Of a stretch of DNA of 64,000 bases, positions 8,765 through 18,075 are shown piece after piece. The notes below the pieces were generated by a model that did no database searches, was not told the origin of the DNA, and saw only the letters and a list, made by a program, of their open reading frames with translations. The position numbers and the translations under genes are program-made. The stretch is taken from positions 1 to 64,000 of the forward strand of contig JWZX01003306.1 in NCBI GenBank assembly GCA_001275005.1, read 5' to 3'. How positions within the stretch are numbered: position 1 is the first letter of the stretch; every line of letters begins with the position of its first letter. Source of the stretch: Chrysochromulina tobinii. Lineage: Eukaryota.

Positions 8765-9889
8765 ATGGCCCTCTTCTCGTGCCTCTCCCTCATGCCGGCG
8801 GCGGCCTGCGCACTCGCGGCGGCGCAGCCTCATGTGCGTGCAACGGTCATCACGCGGGGTGCGGCCGTCGTAATGCAGTATGGGGACGCGGACAGGGTGC
8901 GCAGTCTGGAGGACAAGATCTCTCTTGGGCGCCGTGCTCTCATCCCTGCGATTGCGTTGGCGGGCCTGTCGGGTGGCCTCGTGGCGCGAACGCCATCGTC
9001 GCCGGTGATTCCTGGCACTGAAACTTATTCAGAGATGTCGCGGCTCACCGTCACGCCGCGTGCTGCAGAGGCTGCGTGCAACAAGTACTTCCCTGGCGCA
9101 CTTGGCGGCTACACCATGGATCGGCTCACGGCGCAGACGCTCGGCGCGCGCGGGTACACGAAGGACAATACGCTCTTCGCCTCGTGCATCTGCCCCGACG
9201 AGATTAACTTCATCCCCGGCGAGATGGTCGACCTGATGAAGACGCGCTGGGGCGAGAACTTTGCACTCGGTGGCCTGGCGGGCCTGCCCTTCGTGGGCAA
9301 GGCCGGCTTCTCGGCCTTCGCGCACCACGTGCCCGCCGAGGGCAAGGCGTTCATCATCTTCGCGCCGCATGTTGGCGTCGAGGCCGACGGCTCGATTGGC
9401 AAGATCCTGCGCGAGCACCAGCACGAGTCCTCGACGGCGTGCGGAGCGGCCGTCGGCGCGTATAAGGCGATCCTGGCCAACAAGGGGCCGGTTCCGACGG
9501 CCGATCCCGACTACGACGCGCAGATCGGGTTCATCATCGAGAAGCTCGGCCAGCAGGTCAATGACCTGGTGGGTGCCGCGCCGGATCCGATCGCCTTCGT
9601 CACATATCAGATGTATGTACTCGCGCGCGATACCTTCGTGAAGCAGCTCACAGAGGCAGGTGGCATCTACGACGACGCGGTGGAGGTGGCCGTGCTCGGC
9701 GGCATCCAGATCAACCGCGCCGTCGGCGGCGACCGCTTCATGCCTCTCATGTTCCAGTCGCGCAAGCAAGCCCCCGGTACCGTCGTCGATCTCTACGAGG
9801 AAACCTTTGGTGCGCCACCGGACTTGCGCGAGGCCCTCGGCGGCACCATGAGCAACGACCTGATCTATAAATACCCCCTGGGCAAGTAG
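8765..9889 (+). CDS. LCIB: LCIB/LCIC-family protein (theta-class carbonic anhydrase), plastid-targeted
   Basis: CICPDEIN (Cys ligand), FALGGLAGLPFVGKAGFSAFAHHVP, FAPHVGV (His ligand), STACGAAVGA (Cys ligand), LGGIQIN; N-terminal hydrophobic signal, transit-like region and RR-hydrophobic segment. Confidence 0.92.
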   Translation: MALFSCLSLMPAAACALAAAQPHVRATVITRGAAVVMQYGDADRVRSLEDKISLGRRALIPAIALAGLSGGLVARTPSSPVIPGTETYSEMSRLTVTPRAAEAACNKYFPGALGGYTMDRLTAQTLGARGYTKDNTLFASCICPDEINFIPGEMVDLMKTRWGENFALGGLAGLPFVGKAGFSAFAHHVPAEGKAFIIFAPHVGVEADGSIGKILREHQHESSTACGAAVGAYKAILANKGPVPTADPDYDAQIGFIIEKLGQQVNDLVGAAPDPIAFVTYQMYVLARDTFVKQLTEAGGIYDDAVEVAVLGGIQINRAVGGDRFMPLMFQSRKQAPGTVVDLYEETFGAPPDLREALGGTMSNDLIYKYPLGK

Positions 9890-10425
9890 CGCGCTGCTCG
9901 TACATGCCATATGCAAACATAGCCGTACATTTAGCCGGCATGCGCGACAGGTCAGGTGACGAAGCATGTCACGACGAGCGTCGAAGAGAGAAAAGAGCAT
10001 GGCGCTTGACGGTGACATCCGGGACGTATGGCATACACCGTACGGCGGTACCGGCCGACGTAGGAGCATGTGAACCGGGGACGGGCATACGCGCGGACAT
10101 GCGCGGAGAGTTGATTCCACTATGCGGTGGAGCTATGTGGGAGGGTGAATGGGTTGAGCTTTAGGAGGCTCGCAATTAACCAGCGGCACCACGGGCGGGG
10201 GAGTCGGTCTTACCGATATTTCATGATCATGTTCGGTTTATAAGGGACCCGATTCCCAAACAGGTGTTAGCAGGGTTAGCAGGGTTGGTTTGCGATTCGG
10301 TTTATAAGGGATCAATTGAATGTCCGTTGTCATTTTCAGATTCTGAGATGTCAAGCAAATTCATGTAAGAGCAGAGAGCCGCCCCGACGTCGCTCGAGTG
10401 CCGCTGAGCCGAAAGGCACTGCTCA

Positions 10426-11052
10426 TCAGAGTAGGTCAATCATCCACCTCGTGGGCGACCACTTTGGGTAACGATCGTCCCAGTAGGCATCGCCGTAGTC
10501 AAAGAGCAGTTCAGCACCCTTTGGAATGTCCTTGGCCACATTGATGGACACGGCCGCGAGAGCTTCGATGGGTAGTTCTTCCTCGTTGGCCGCACAGTTG
10601 GCACGGAGCTTGCTGTGGTTGATGTAGCGAAGGAAGCTGCTCGTACGTGGATCGGCACCGTCAATCACCTTGCCATTCGCAAGGCCCATCGCATACGTTC
10701 CGTCACTGTCACTCTTCTGATAGTCCTCCTCCGTGAGCAGCTGACCCCAGTACAGCCCAACACACTCCCCGCACTCCAGTGGGCGCAGTGCATACAGACC
10801 CTGGCCCTTGTCATTCGGGCGCACCTCGACGTCGGACCCGAGTCGCATTGGAGTTCGATTTTGAGTTATGCACTTTGCGAGCCATAGAAACTTCGTCAAG
10901 CCAGCCTCGATAGGTAAGGTCACCATCGTCAAGCCAGCCTCGATCGGCAAGGCCACTTTCTCGATCGGCTTATTCAATTCAATGGCCGGAAATTCGCTCA
11001 GCGGTGACCGTAGTGAAGCCATTGCCGCGACGAAGAGCATACACATCTCCAT
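10426..11052 (-). CDS. Small single-SET-domain protein with possible organellar presequence
   Basis: KGQGLYA, GLYWGQLL, RYINHS, KDIPKGAELLFDYGDAYW; duplicated LPIEAGLT peptide near the N-terminus. Confidence 0.85.
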   Translation of the reverse strand: MEMCMLFVAAMASLRSPLSEFPAIELNKPIEKVALPIEAGLTMVTLPIEAGLTKFLWLAKCITQNRTPMRLGSDVEVRPNDKGQGLYALRPLECGECVGLYWGQLLTEEDYQKSDSDGTYAMGLANGKVIDGADPRTSSFLRYINHSKLRANCAANEEELPIEALAAVSINVAKDIPKGAELLFDYGDAYWDDRYPKWSPTRWMIDLL

Positions 11053-11151
11053 GTGGAAATTGCGAATTCCGCAACCAGATCGTCGTTGCTTTTTTTTGAA
11101 GGCACGAACTTTTCAACTGAGAGTTGGTGCGGTCAGGTGCGGGAGCACGCA

Positions 11152-11176
11152 CCGGCTCACAGCTGTTTCACACGGA
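11152..11176 (-). promoter_or_regulatory. 25-bp motif in the divergent intergenic region, 100 bp upstream of the small SET gene
   Basis: Minus strand tccgtgtgaaacagctgtgagccgg; matches 5631-5655 at 23/25. Confidence 0.45.
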
Positions 11177-11202
11177 ATTGCTTTTTTGACACGTGGCTAA
11201 CG

Positions 11203-11616
11203 ATGCGAAACGTGCGCGCTTTGCTGATGCTGTCCGTGACGCTGGCTTGCTTGGCCTCTGAAAAGGACGTGCAGGTGGAGCCGGAGAGAAAGCTCACACC
11301 CGCCGAGCTCCACCATAAGCGCCACAACGGCGTCGGATTCTGGAGAATAGGCGAGGGGTTTGAAGGCTCGGCGAGCGATTGGACTGAGTACGTTGTTTGG
11401 TTGTTTGGTGTATGCGGCGTCTTCTACTACATGGCGAACCCGAATGCGAGGCGCAATCTGCATGCCATCGAAGATGACGAGAGCACAGCTGAACGATTCG
11501 ATAGGGGTGAGCACCATGATGACCTCTTTGTCGAAGGCGATGCTGCTGGCGGCGATGGCAATGGCGATGAGCGTGAAGAGCAGAGCCCGGCGTCGGAAGG
11601 GAAAAAGGAGCGATAG
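11203..11616 (+). CDS. Small type I membrane protein of unknown function
   Basis: Signal peptide MRNVRALLMLSVTLACLA, one TM segment (YVVWLFGVCGVFYYMA), acidic tail. Confidence 0.7.
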   Translation: MRNVRALLMLSVTLACLASEKDVQVEPERKLTPAELHHKRHNGVGFWRIGEGFEGSASDWTEYVVWLFGVCGVFYYMANPNARRNLHAIEDDESTAERFDRGEHHDDLFVEGDAAGGDGNGDEREEQSPASEGKKER

Positions 11617-11914
11617 TAGATTCGTTCCGTGGTGCATTTACTCTTCACACACCATTCGGAACACAACAGAGCATCGAACACAAATCTTACTTCGTGTCCC
11701 CCTGCGCTGTGTGCACCATGCCCGGTCGCCCGCAAGCGCAACCCGCATGTTCCCATCCGTGCTGCCATGCGTTTCTATCAGCTCTCACCCGCCGTGTCAC
11801 CATGCCGTCCCATGTTCCCATGTGCCTAACTCTCACGCCGACATCCCCTTCAAATTCCCCCACCGCACATGTAGGGTGGCTGGTTCAACTACAAATCTCT
11901 CTTCGATCAGACAT

Positions 11915-12823
11915 TCAGTGCACCTTCTCCTTAGTAGGCGTGCCAGCGATGGTAGGTCCATGCGCGTGATCGACGTAGTCGTGACCGTGCGGAGCCGCGA
12001 GCGCGTTGCCAAGCATCATGGCGACGCACGCGACGAGCGCCACATAGAGCGAGTATGAGTGGAGCTCGTGCTCGAGATGATGATCGAGGCACAAATGGTC
12101 GTCTAGGCACAGATGGTAGTCGGCGTGATGCGCGATCATACAGAGCGCGATCACCACGTGTGCCGCGGCATCGAGCGCGTCGCAGAAGGCTCCGAGGTCG
12201 AAGAGGAACGTCGTCAAGCGGGCGCCGGGCTTGCGCCTCTCCTCCTGCGCCCGATGCATGCCTTCTTCCGCCATGTGCGAGAGCAGGTAGACGCCGAGGA
12301 TGGGCAGAAGGACATTCAGTCCGAATAGCACATGATTGAGCGGCGAAGACAATACGGCGTGGTGGGCTGCATGGGCACCGTCCGTGGTGGCATGAGTCAC
12401 CACCGTAGTATTTCTCAGAAATGGGCGGCGAGTCAAGTAGTCCCGCACCCCGGCACACCACTTGCGCACGCGGCTCATGGCCTTGGCATGCATGCTGCTG
12501 TGCTTGACAACTGTGGCAACAGGCACAGTCATGTGGCTGGCGAGCGTCTCGCCGAGTCTCGCGAGGAGCATATTGGCCACGCCAAAGCCAATCTTCTCCT
12601 GGGCACGGTGCTGGACTGTGTGCACGACGTCGTGGTAGGTATGCAAGTTATCTTCCACAGCTTTTCGCATGCTTGCCAACCGTGATGGGGACACCGTTGC
12701 CCGTTGGTGGTGGTCGCCAAGAGCTTCGGTTGTGCAGGGCGTTGATGGAAGCAGCGGCGCGGCCATCTCACAATCCTGCACCTCAGCAGGACGCTGTTGC
12801 ACCACGGATTCTTCCTGTTGCAC
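11915..12823 (-). CDS. His-rich multi-pass membrane protein of unknown function; start uncertain
   Basis: 302-aa ORF with about 3 hydrophobic helices and His-rich loops (HHADYHLCLDDHLCLDHHLEHELH). Confidence 0.6.
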   Translation of the reverse strand: MQQEESVVQQRPAEVQDCEMAAPLLPSTPCTTEALGDHHQRATVSPSRLASMRKAVEDNLHTYHDVVHTVQHRAQEKIGFGVANMLLARLGETLASHMTVPVATVVKHSSMHAKAMSRVRKWCAGVRDYLTRRPFLRNTTVVTHATTDGAHAAHHAVLSSPLNHVLFGLNVLLPILGVYLLSHMAEEGMHRAQEERRKPGARLTTFLFDLGAFCDALDAAAHVVIALCMIAHHADYHLCLDDHLCLDHHLEHELHSYSLYVALVACVAMMLGNALAAPHGHDYVDHAHGPTIAGTPTKEKVH

Positions 12824-12988
12824 AGATCTCCCGTAACCTCAGATCTCTCTGTTACCCAGATCTCCCGAACCAGGTTCGAGCAGTTTTGGAGGATCCACAC
12901 TCTCGTGGCAACGTGCGGTGCTGCTCAGGAGAACGCACGAAGTCAGTGTATGCTGTCCTTTCTTGAGCAATGACTAATCAACATCAGC

Positions 12989-14515
12989 TCATGACAGTTG
13001 TTGATTAGTCATGACCTGTAACGCGACTGCCAGTCGACCATCCTCCGGGTGCTGCGTGAGCAGCCATCGTGGGAGCTCATCGTAGGATTCATGGGAGGCT
13101 GGGTCTGGCTCCAAGCGCACCCACAGCCCGCGTCGCGCAATGACTCGGCACGACTCCCCGCGGCGCAGGGTGCCATTGGATCCGGCGCTGATCGACGGCG
13201 CGAGCCGTAACACTGTGCACGCGCACTCGATTAGAAAGGTCATTATCGGGGCGACTGCCACCTCGGTTTCGGTAGGCAGCCCACGCAGCCTGCCGAGCTC
13301 CTCAAAGATCCTCCGCTGCTCTTGGAATTGCACTTGCCTCTCGGCCATCTGCTCCTTGGTGGGCGCTCGCCACACGCCGCCGCCGTCGCCGCCGCCGCCG
13401 CCGTGCTTCCATCGCTTCCAATCAGGCAGCTCTCTCCGCCGAGAACCCTTAATGAAGACGTCATCAAAGGTCCTCATCACTGCTTCCATCTCAAAGGATC
13501 GATACGCGTTCCAGTCGCGCGCCTTGGCGCTCACGCGGTCAAAACCCTTGATCAGCGCGACCAGACTCTGCATGCTGGAGTAGTAGAGTCCTCGGCTGCC
13601 GAGGGAGTCGAGATGCATCCTCGCTGCGCCGTTGTCGTGATGCTCACTCGACGTGAGCACGGGACGATTGTGCGCAGAGAACTCGGCGACGGCGAGGCCA
13701 AACGTCTCCCCACACGAGCGCGCGTGAAGCATCGCATCGCACGTGCGGATAAAGGCGGACTTGCGCACAGGGTCGCTCGAGCGCTCCAAGTGGATGATGT
13801 GCGCCAACGGCTCTGCCAGCGGTGGCGTGTTCATGAAGATGAAGAAAATGGGTCGCGTTGCCGGCTCAGCAGCCTGCACCTGCTCCCTCGCCAGCATCAG
13901 CACCGCCTCGCGGGCCGCCTCGATGTCAAAACTCTCGTAGCCGCCGTATCGTCCAAACACGGTCGCGTCCGCCGGGATGCCGAGCTCGTCGCGCAAGTCG
14001 GGCCCATCGGCCTGCTGCCGCGGCACAATGTGCGGCACAACCGGCCCGGTGCCGGGCACGCACGGCGAAATTTTTGCGTAGACGTCGCCGTACGGGTCGC
14101 CCGCATCAAAGACGGCATGGACATAGTTTCGCACGTGCGGCAGCTTCGAAACGAGGCCATCGTTATTGCACTTGATCTGGTACAGGTGGCGGATCTCTGC
14201 GTGCGCTTCCAGGAAGGCGTCGACGGCACCAAAGCCGTGTAGGCCGATTACGCGAGATCCAAAGCGAGCCGTGAACCTGTCGACGCAGCCAGCGTAGTTG
14301 CGCTCGCAGTTTTTGTCGTAAAGAATCCACGAGCAGTAGCCGAGCACTGCTTCGGCACCGCAAGCGTAGTCGAATAGCGCAACCTCGGTCCCACGCTCGC
14401 ACATCTGGTCCGACCAGAAGGCAATCGTGTGCAATGTCGGCACTGGCGTTGCGCGCAACGCGCGTGTGCGCCACGATTGCCTCGTCGCAGAGCGTCTGAA
14501 AGGGCCGAGAGCCAT
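12989..14515 (-). CDS. GT-B (GT4-like) glycosyltransferase with a C-terminal SH3-like segment
   Basis: IAFWSDQMCERGTEVALFDYA, HAVFD..DPYGDVYAKIS, LRDELGIPADATVFGRYGGYESFDI, FIRTCDAMLHARSCGETFGLAVAEFS (E-x7-E); C-terminal GTLRRGESCRVIARRGLWVRL. Confidence 0.85.
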   Translation of the reverse strand: MALGPFRRSATRQSWRTRALRATPVPTLHTIAFWSDQMCERGTEVALFDYACGAEAVLGYCSWILYDKNCERNYAGCVDRFTARFGSRVIGLHGFGAVDAFLEAHAEIRHLYQIKCNNDGLVSKLPHVRNYVHAVFDAGDPYGDVYAKISPCVPGTGPVVPHIVPRQQADGPDLRDELGIPADATVFGRYGGYESFDIEAAREAVLMLAREQVQAAEPATRPIFFIFMNTPPLAEPLAHIIHLERSSDPVRKSAFIRTCDAMLHARSCGETFGLAVAEFSAHNRPVLTSSEHHDNGAARMHLDSLGSRGLYYSSMQSLVALIKGFDRVSAKARDWNAYRSFEMEAVMRTFDDVFIKGSRRRELPDWKRWKHGGGGGDGGGVWRAPTKEQMAERQVQFQEQRRIFEELGRLRGLPTETEVAVAPIMTFLIECACTVLRLAPSISAGSNGTLRRGESCRVIARRGLWVRLEPDPASHESYDELPRWLLTQHPEDGRLAVALQVMTNQQLS

Positions 14516-14988
14516 TCACTAAGGGGGTAGGTCAGACCCCCTTACATTGAACATTCACAAGCCCAAGCAGAAAATATGACTACCAGTCAAGTCAAGTCAA
14601 GTCAAGTCAGGTCAGAAGCAAGCAAGTACTCGTTTGCGCTTGTGTAGTACATGTGTTTTCTGTTTCGACTAATTAGCTTGCTTGCTTGGCTCTGCTTCTT
14701 CGAGCCTCCAGTCCGACGGGAAATGCGTTCGCTTGCAAATGGGTTTCGAACATCCCCTCGCCTGCATGGTTTTACAGGCTTCCGACAGTGGGGCGTGATC
14801 CCTGCGCGCTGCGCGGCGCGTGCGTGCGTCTCATCCAGCAGTGGGCCAGGGGCGGCGTATGTCATCCTGCTGAAAGACCTCCAGAGGGAGGGAATTAGCA
14901 CAGTCTGCGCGTCGAGGCGCCCTGAAGCGCGCATGCACGCTCACATGATCCCGGCCATTCCACGGATTCCCAAAGCTCTCAAAGCGGC

Positions 14989-16521
14989 TCACGGCGGGTG
15001 TGTGCACGAGGAGTTGTAGTGCTTGTAGTCCTCGCCCTTGATCCACGCGCGCAGGAACTCGAGCGCTGGCTCGGGCTTGAACTGTGGCACCATGTGTCCA
15101 GAGCCTCTGATCGTCAAAAAGTCGAAGCGGTGATCCTGGTAGCGCGTGACGTAGCCGCCCATGCGCAGGCAGTTATCGAGCGTCCATGGGCGCCACGTCT
15201 GCGTAGGGATGTAGCCCATGTGCGACGTCCAGTTTGCAGCCTCGAAGGAGTTGATCGACGGGTCGGAGTCGCCATTGTAGATGAGGACTTTGAGGTCGGT
15301 CGTGGCCGCCACCTGGTGATAGAACGGCATCAGGTTCTTCTCCGAGCCGGAGTACGGGCCGCCGCCGTCCGAATCGTAAAAGTAGGAGTTGAGTGGCACG
15401 TGCATCGCGGTGCGCACAGCGCCGGATGCAATCCATTTGAGGTACGCGTCGCCACCGCCGCACACGTAGTCGTTGAGGGCACCCCCCCAGCCGTGGCCGC
15501 GCACGGGCACGCCGCCGCCCGCCTCAGTCGTGGCGGCGACGGCGACGCGTTCGGTGCGCTCCACACGGCCCTCGGACCTCCCGAGGGACGCATCGAGGCG
15601 GCGGCGGCGGCGGCGGCGCAGACCTTCTTGGTAGATACAGTCGTCGTACAGCGCGTAGCCAAAGTAGCCGCCCTTCTCATAGTCAATGCGGTTGAGCGCC
15701 TCGCGGCATTTGATCGGGTCCACCTCGGGCTTCGCGTACTTGAGATAGTCCATGCCGCACTCGCTCACGAGCTCATCGAAGAGCTCGGTCGAGATTTGGT
15801 GGTGGCCATAGAGGAAGAGCACGTCCCACCAGGGGCCATTGCCGGAGCCGCACACGCCCGACTCGGTGCCCAGGCAGCCGTCGCCCACCGCGAAGCCAGC
15901 GAGCTGCGGGCGTACTTTGGGGTCGTTGTGGAGCAGGATCTGCTGCGCGAGCTTGGGCACGTAGATGCCTGCGTACGACTCGCCGGTCAGGAAGAGCTTG
16001 TTGTTCCGGCGCTCCGGGAAGAGGTCATACCAGCCCGAAAGAGCCGCGTACGAGAGCTTGGCCATGCGCTCGTCGTCCCACTTGCCGCACGAGAAGCCGT
16101 CGCCCGTCGGATCGTTGTTGCAGTAAGAGAAGCCCACGGGCGGCGCCCAGTCGAACATGAGGATAGAACCGAGCTTGGACCAAGAGAAATCATTGCGGTA
16201 GAGCGTGGGCACACCCGTCTTGAAATACTCGTCGGTGCTCAGCGAGTACTCGTTGAGGAGTAGCGGACCAAGCTCGACGGTGATGCCAAACATCGACGAG
16301 GCACCCGGCCCGCCGTTGGTCCACAATAGCGTAGGGTCGGTCGTGGCGTCACCCTCCGACTCAATAAACCAATAATGCACCTGGCACGGGATGCCCATCA
16401 TCTCCGAGGTGTTCACGTATCCCGAGAACATCTTAGACGGCAACGGTAAATTCCATCCAGGAAGCACCTTAATTTCATCAGCGGCAGGCACGCCGAGAGT
16501 GACCAGAGCGAAGGGGAACAT
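14989..16521 (-). CDS. Serine carboxypeptidase, family S10, secreted
   Basis: LWTNGGPGASS, FLTGESYAGIYVP (Ser), LIYNGDSD (Asp), TIRGSGHMVPQFKP (His); short signal peptide. Confidence 0.95.
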   Translation of the reverse strand: MFPFALVTLGVPAADEIKVLPGWNLPLPSKMFSGYVNTSEMMGIPCQVHYWFIESEGDATTDPTLLWTNGGPGASSMFGITVELGPLLLNEYSLSTDEYFKTGVPTLYRNDFSWSKLGSILMFDWAPPVGFSYCNNDPTGDGFSCGKWDDERMAKLSYAALSGWYDLFPERRNNKLFLTGESYAGIYVPKLAQQILLHNDPKVRPQLAGFAVGDGCLGTESGVCGSGNGPWWDVLFLYGHHQISTELFDELVSECGMDYLKYAKPEVDPIKCREALNRIDYEKGGYFGYALYDDCIYQEGLRRRRRRRLDASLGRSEGRVERTERVAVAATTEAGGGVPVRGHGWGGALNDYVCGGGDAYLKWIASGAVRTAMHVPLNSYFYDSDGGGPYSGSEKNLMPFYHQVAATTDLKVLIYNGDSDPSINSFEAANWTSHMGYIPTQTWRPWTLDNCLRMGGYVTRYQDHRFDFLTIRGSGHMVPQFKPEPALEFLRAWIKGEDYKHYNSSCTHPP

Positions 16522-16705
16522 GGACCGCGTTCACGTTAAAATCCGAGCGTTCCAGGTGCGGAGATGTGACGAAACCCGCCCCGTCTCATACTTACCACAG
16601 ATCGTGCGTGCTCGTCATGGTGCTCAACTACTGAAGGATCCTAGAAACCCCGTGCACCCACATGCTTACCATTCTCTTTCATGCCTCATGCGTGACCGAC
16701 TCTCC

Positions 16706-17368
16706 TCAAGCTGCCTCGCTCGCCCACGCTTGCATGGCCATGGCTGCGACTTCGGCGAGCACAGCCCGAAAGGCCGCCGAGGCCGCAGGGCTCATGTCCG
16801 GCTGCCGCCCGGGGCAGGCGTTGCTGGACGCCTGCAGCCGCTTGCTCAGATACTGGGCGGTGAGCGCCCACGCCCGCGCCTGACCGGGTACGCGCGCGTC
16901 GAGGCGCTCTTCCAGCGCCTCGCTGCCGTGGCGGGACGCCAGAAGGCGACGGCAGATCTCGCGCAGCGCCTGATCGACGTGCTGCGCGTCGTTGCGTGCG
17001 GCACGCGCGAGCTCCGGCTGGGACTTGGGCACAGGGTTGGTGACATCTCGAAGGACCCGCTCGTGATTGGACATGAGCTTCAGTGCCGCCTCGGTCACCG
17101 CGTCTGGCGAGTCGACTTCTTGACCGACGAGCGCGTAAAGCTTCTCCCATCGGCCCTGCTGCGTCTCAATGGTTCCAGTCACCGGACAGTCGATCATGAG
17201 CTTCGAGCCCTCGAGGTACAGGCCGACGCCGGGGCCATAGAGCAGGCCCCCATGAAGGCGCACGGGCCGTGCCATCTGTTGGGGAACACCATGCACCTCG
17301 TGGTGGCAGCTCGCGGTCGCGACGCCAGCGGCCGTGACCACTACTGGAAAGAAGAAAAGTGCCAACAT
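16706..17368 (-). CDS. Hypothetical secreted protein
   Basis: ATG at 17368 gives a signal-like MLALFFFPVVVTAAGVATA followed by an open helical-looking ORF; no family recognised. Confidence 0.55.
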   Translation of the reverse strand: MLALFFFPVVVTAAGVATASCHHEVHGVPQQMARPVRLHGGLLYGPGVGLYLEGSKLMIDCPVTGTIETQQGRWEKLYALVGQEVDSPDAVTEAALKLMSNHERVLRDVTNPVPKSQPELARAARNDAQHVDQALREICRRLLASRHGSEALEERLDARVPGQARAWALTAQYLSKRLQASSNACPGRQPDMSPAASAAFRAVLAEVAAMAMQAWASEAA

Positions 17369-17899
17369 GTCGGGTGACCTCGGTGCGCGAGATTTGCGCT
17401 CGGAGCGCGGTGAAATTGCTTCCAAAAGTGGATTATGCGGTCCAACAATCCGGGTTTTAATGGGTCAATCAAGCAAGCAAGCAAGCAAGGTCAATCGACC
17501 GTGGGTCGGCCGGCCCCAAGTTCTCAGGTCTCACGGACACGGTCCGCGGTACGCGGTACGCTCGTCGCGGGTGTTCACGCGAGTGCCGAGTCGCGACGCA
17601 TGCGTGCCCATGTCGCTATCACGCGTTGCGGCGGGGTTGGGGTTGGACCGGACTCGTGTGTATGATAAACTGTGACCAACTACATGATCGGTTATAAATA
17701 CATGCGATGGCGGGGCACGCGCGAACGACGCACGATTAATACCGGCACCGGCTGCAATCAACCGAACGGAACTGATCCGGGCTGCAACCCGGATCACATG
17801 TCCGTCGCTCGCGTGACGCGGGGCGGCATCGGCACATGTGATGGACTTCCAGCGCATTCACCCACCGTCCTCCCCTCGTTGCTCCTATTGCGCATAATG

Positions 17900-17905
17900 T
17901 ACGGG

Positions 17906-17936
<31 letters not shown>

Positions 17937-18075
17937 GGTTTCTCTCGGAAGATTCGGCTGAGCGTCCCGAGGTCACTGGGAGATTATGGGAGATCACTGG
18001 TCGTAGCTGAGCGTCCCGAGGTCACTGGGAGTGGCACTGGGAGTGGCACTGGGAGAGGTCACTGGTCGTAGCCGT
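17900..18075. repeat. (CT)n microsatellite plus nested tandem duplication containing a second copy of the gene's stop-codon region
   Basis: ctgagcgtcccgaggtcactgggag x2, gtggcactggga x2, tcactggtcgtagc x2. Confidence 0.75.

Noticed and set aside
14519..14700. Hairpin taagggggt..accccctta and (caagt)n/(caag)n repeats as a terminator or element end
   Set aside because: Single short occurrence in a eukaryotic context, and simple repeats alone are not diagnostic.
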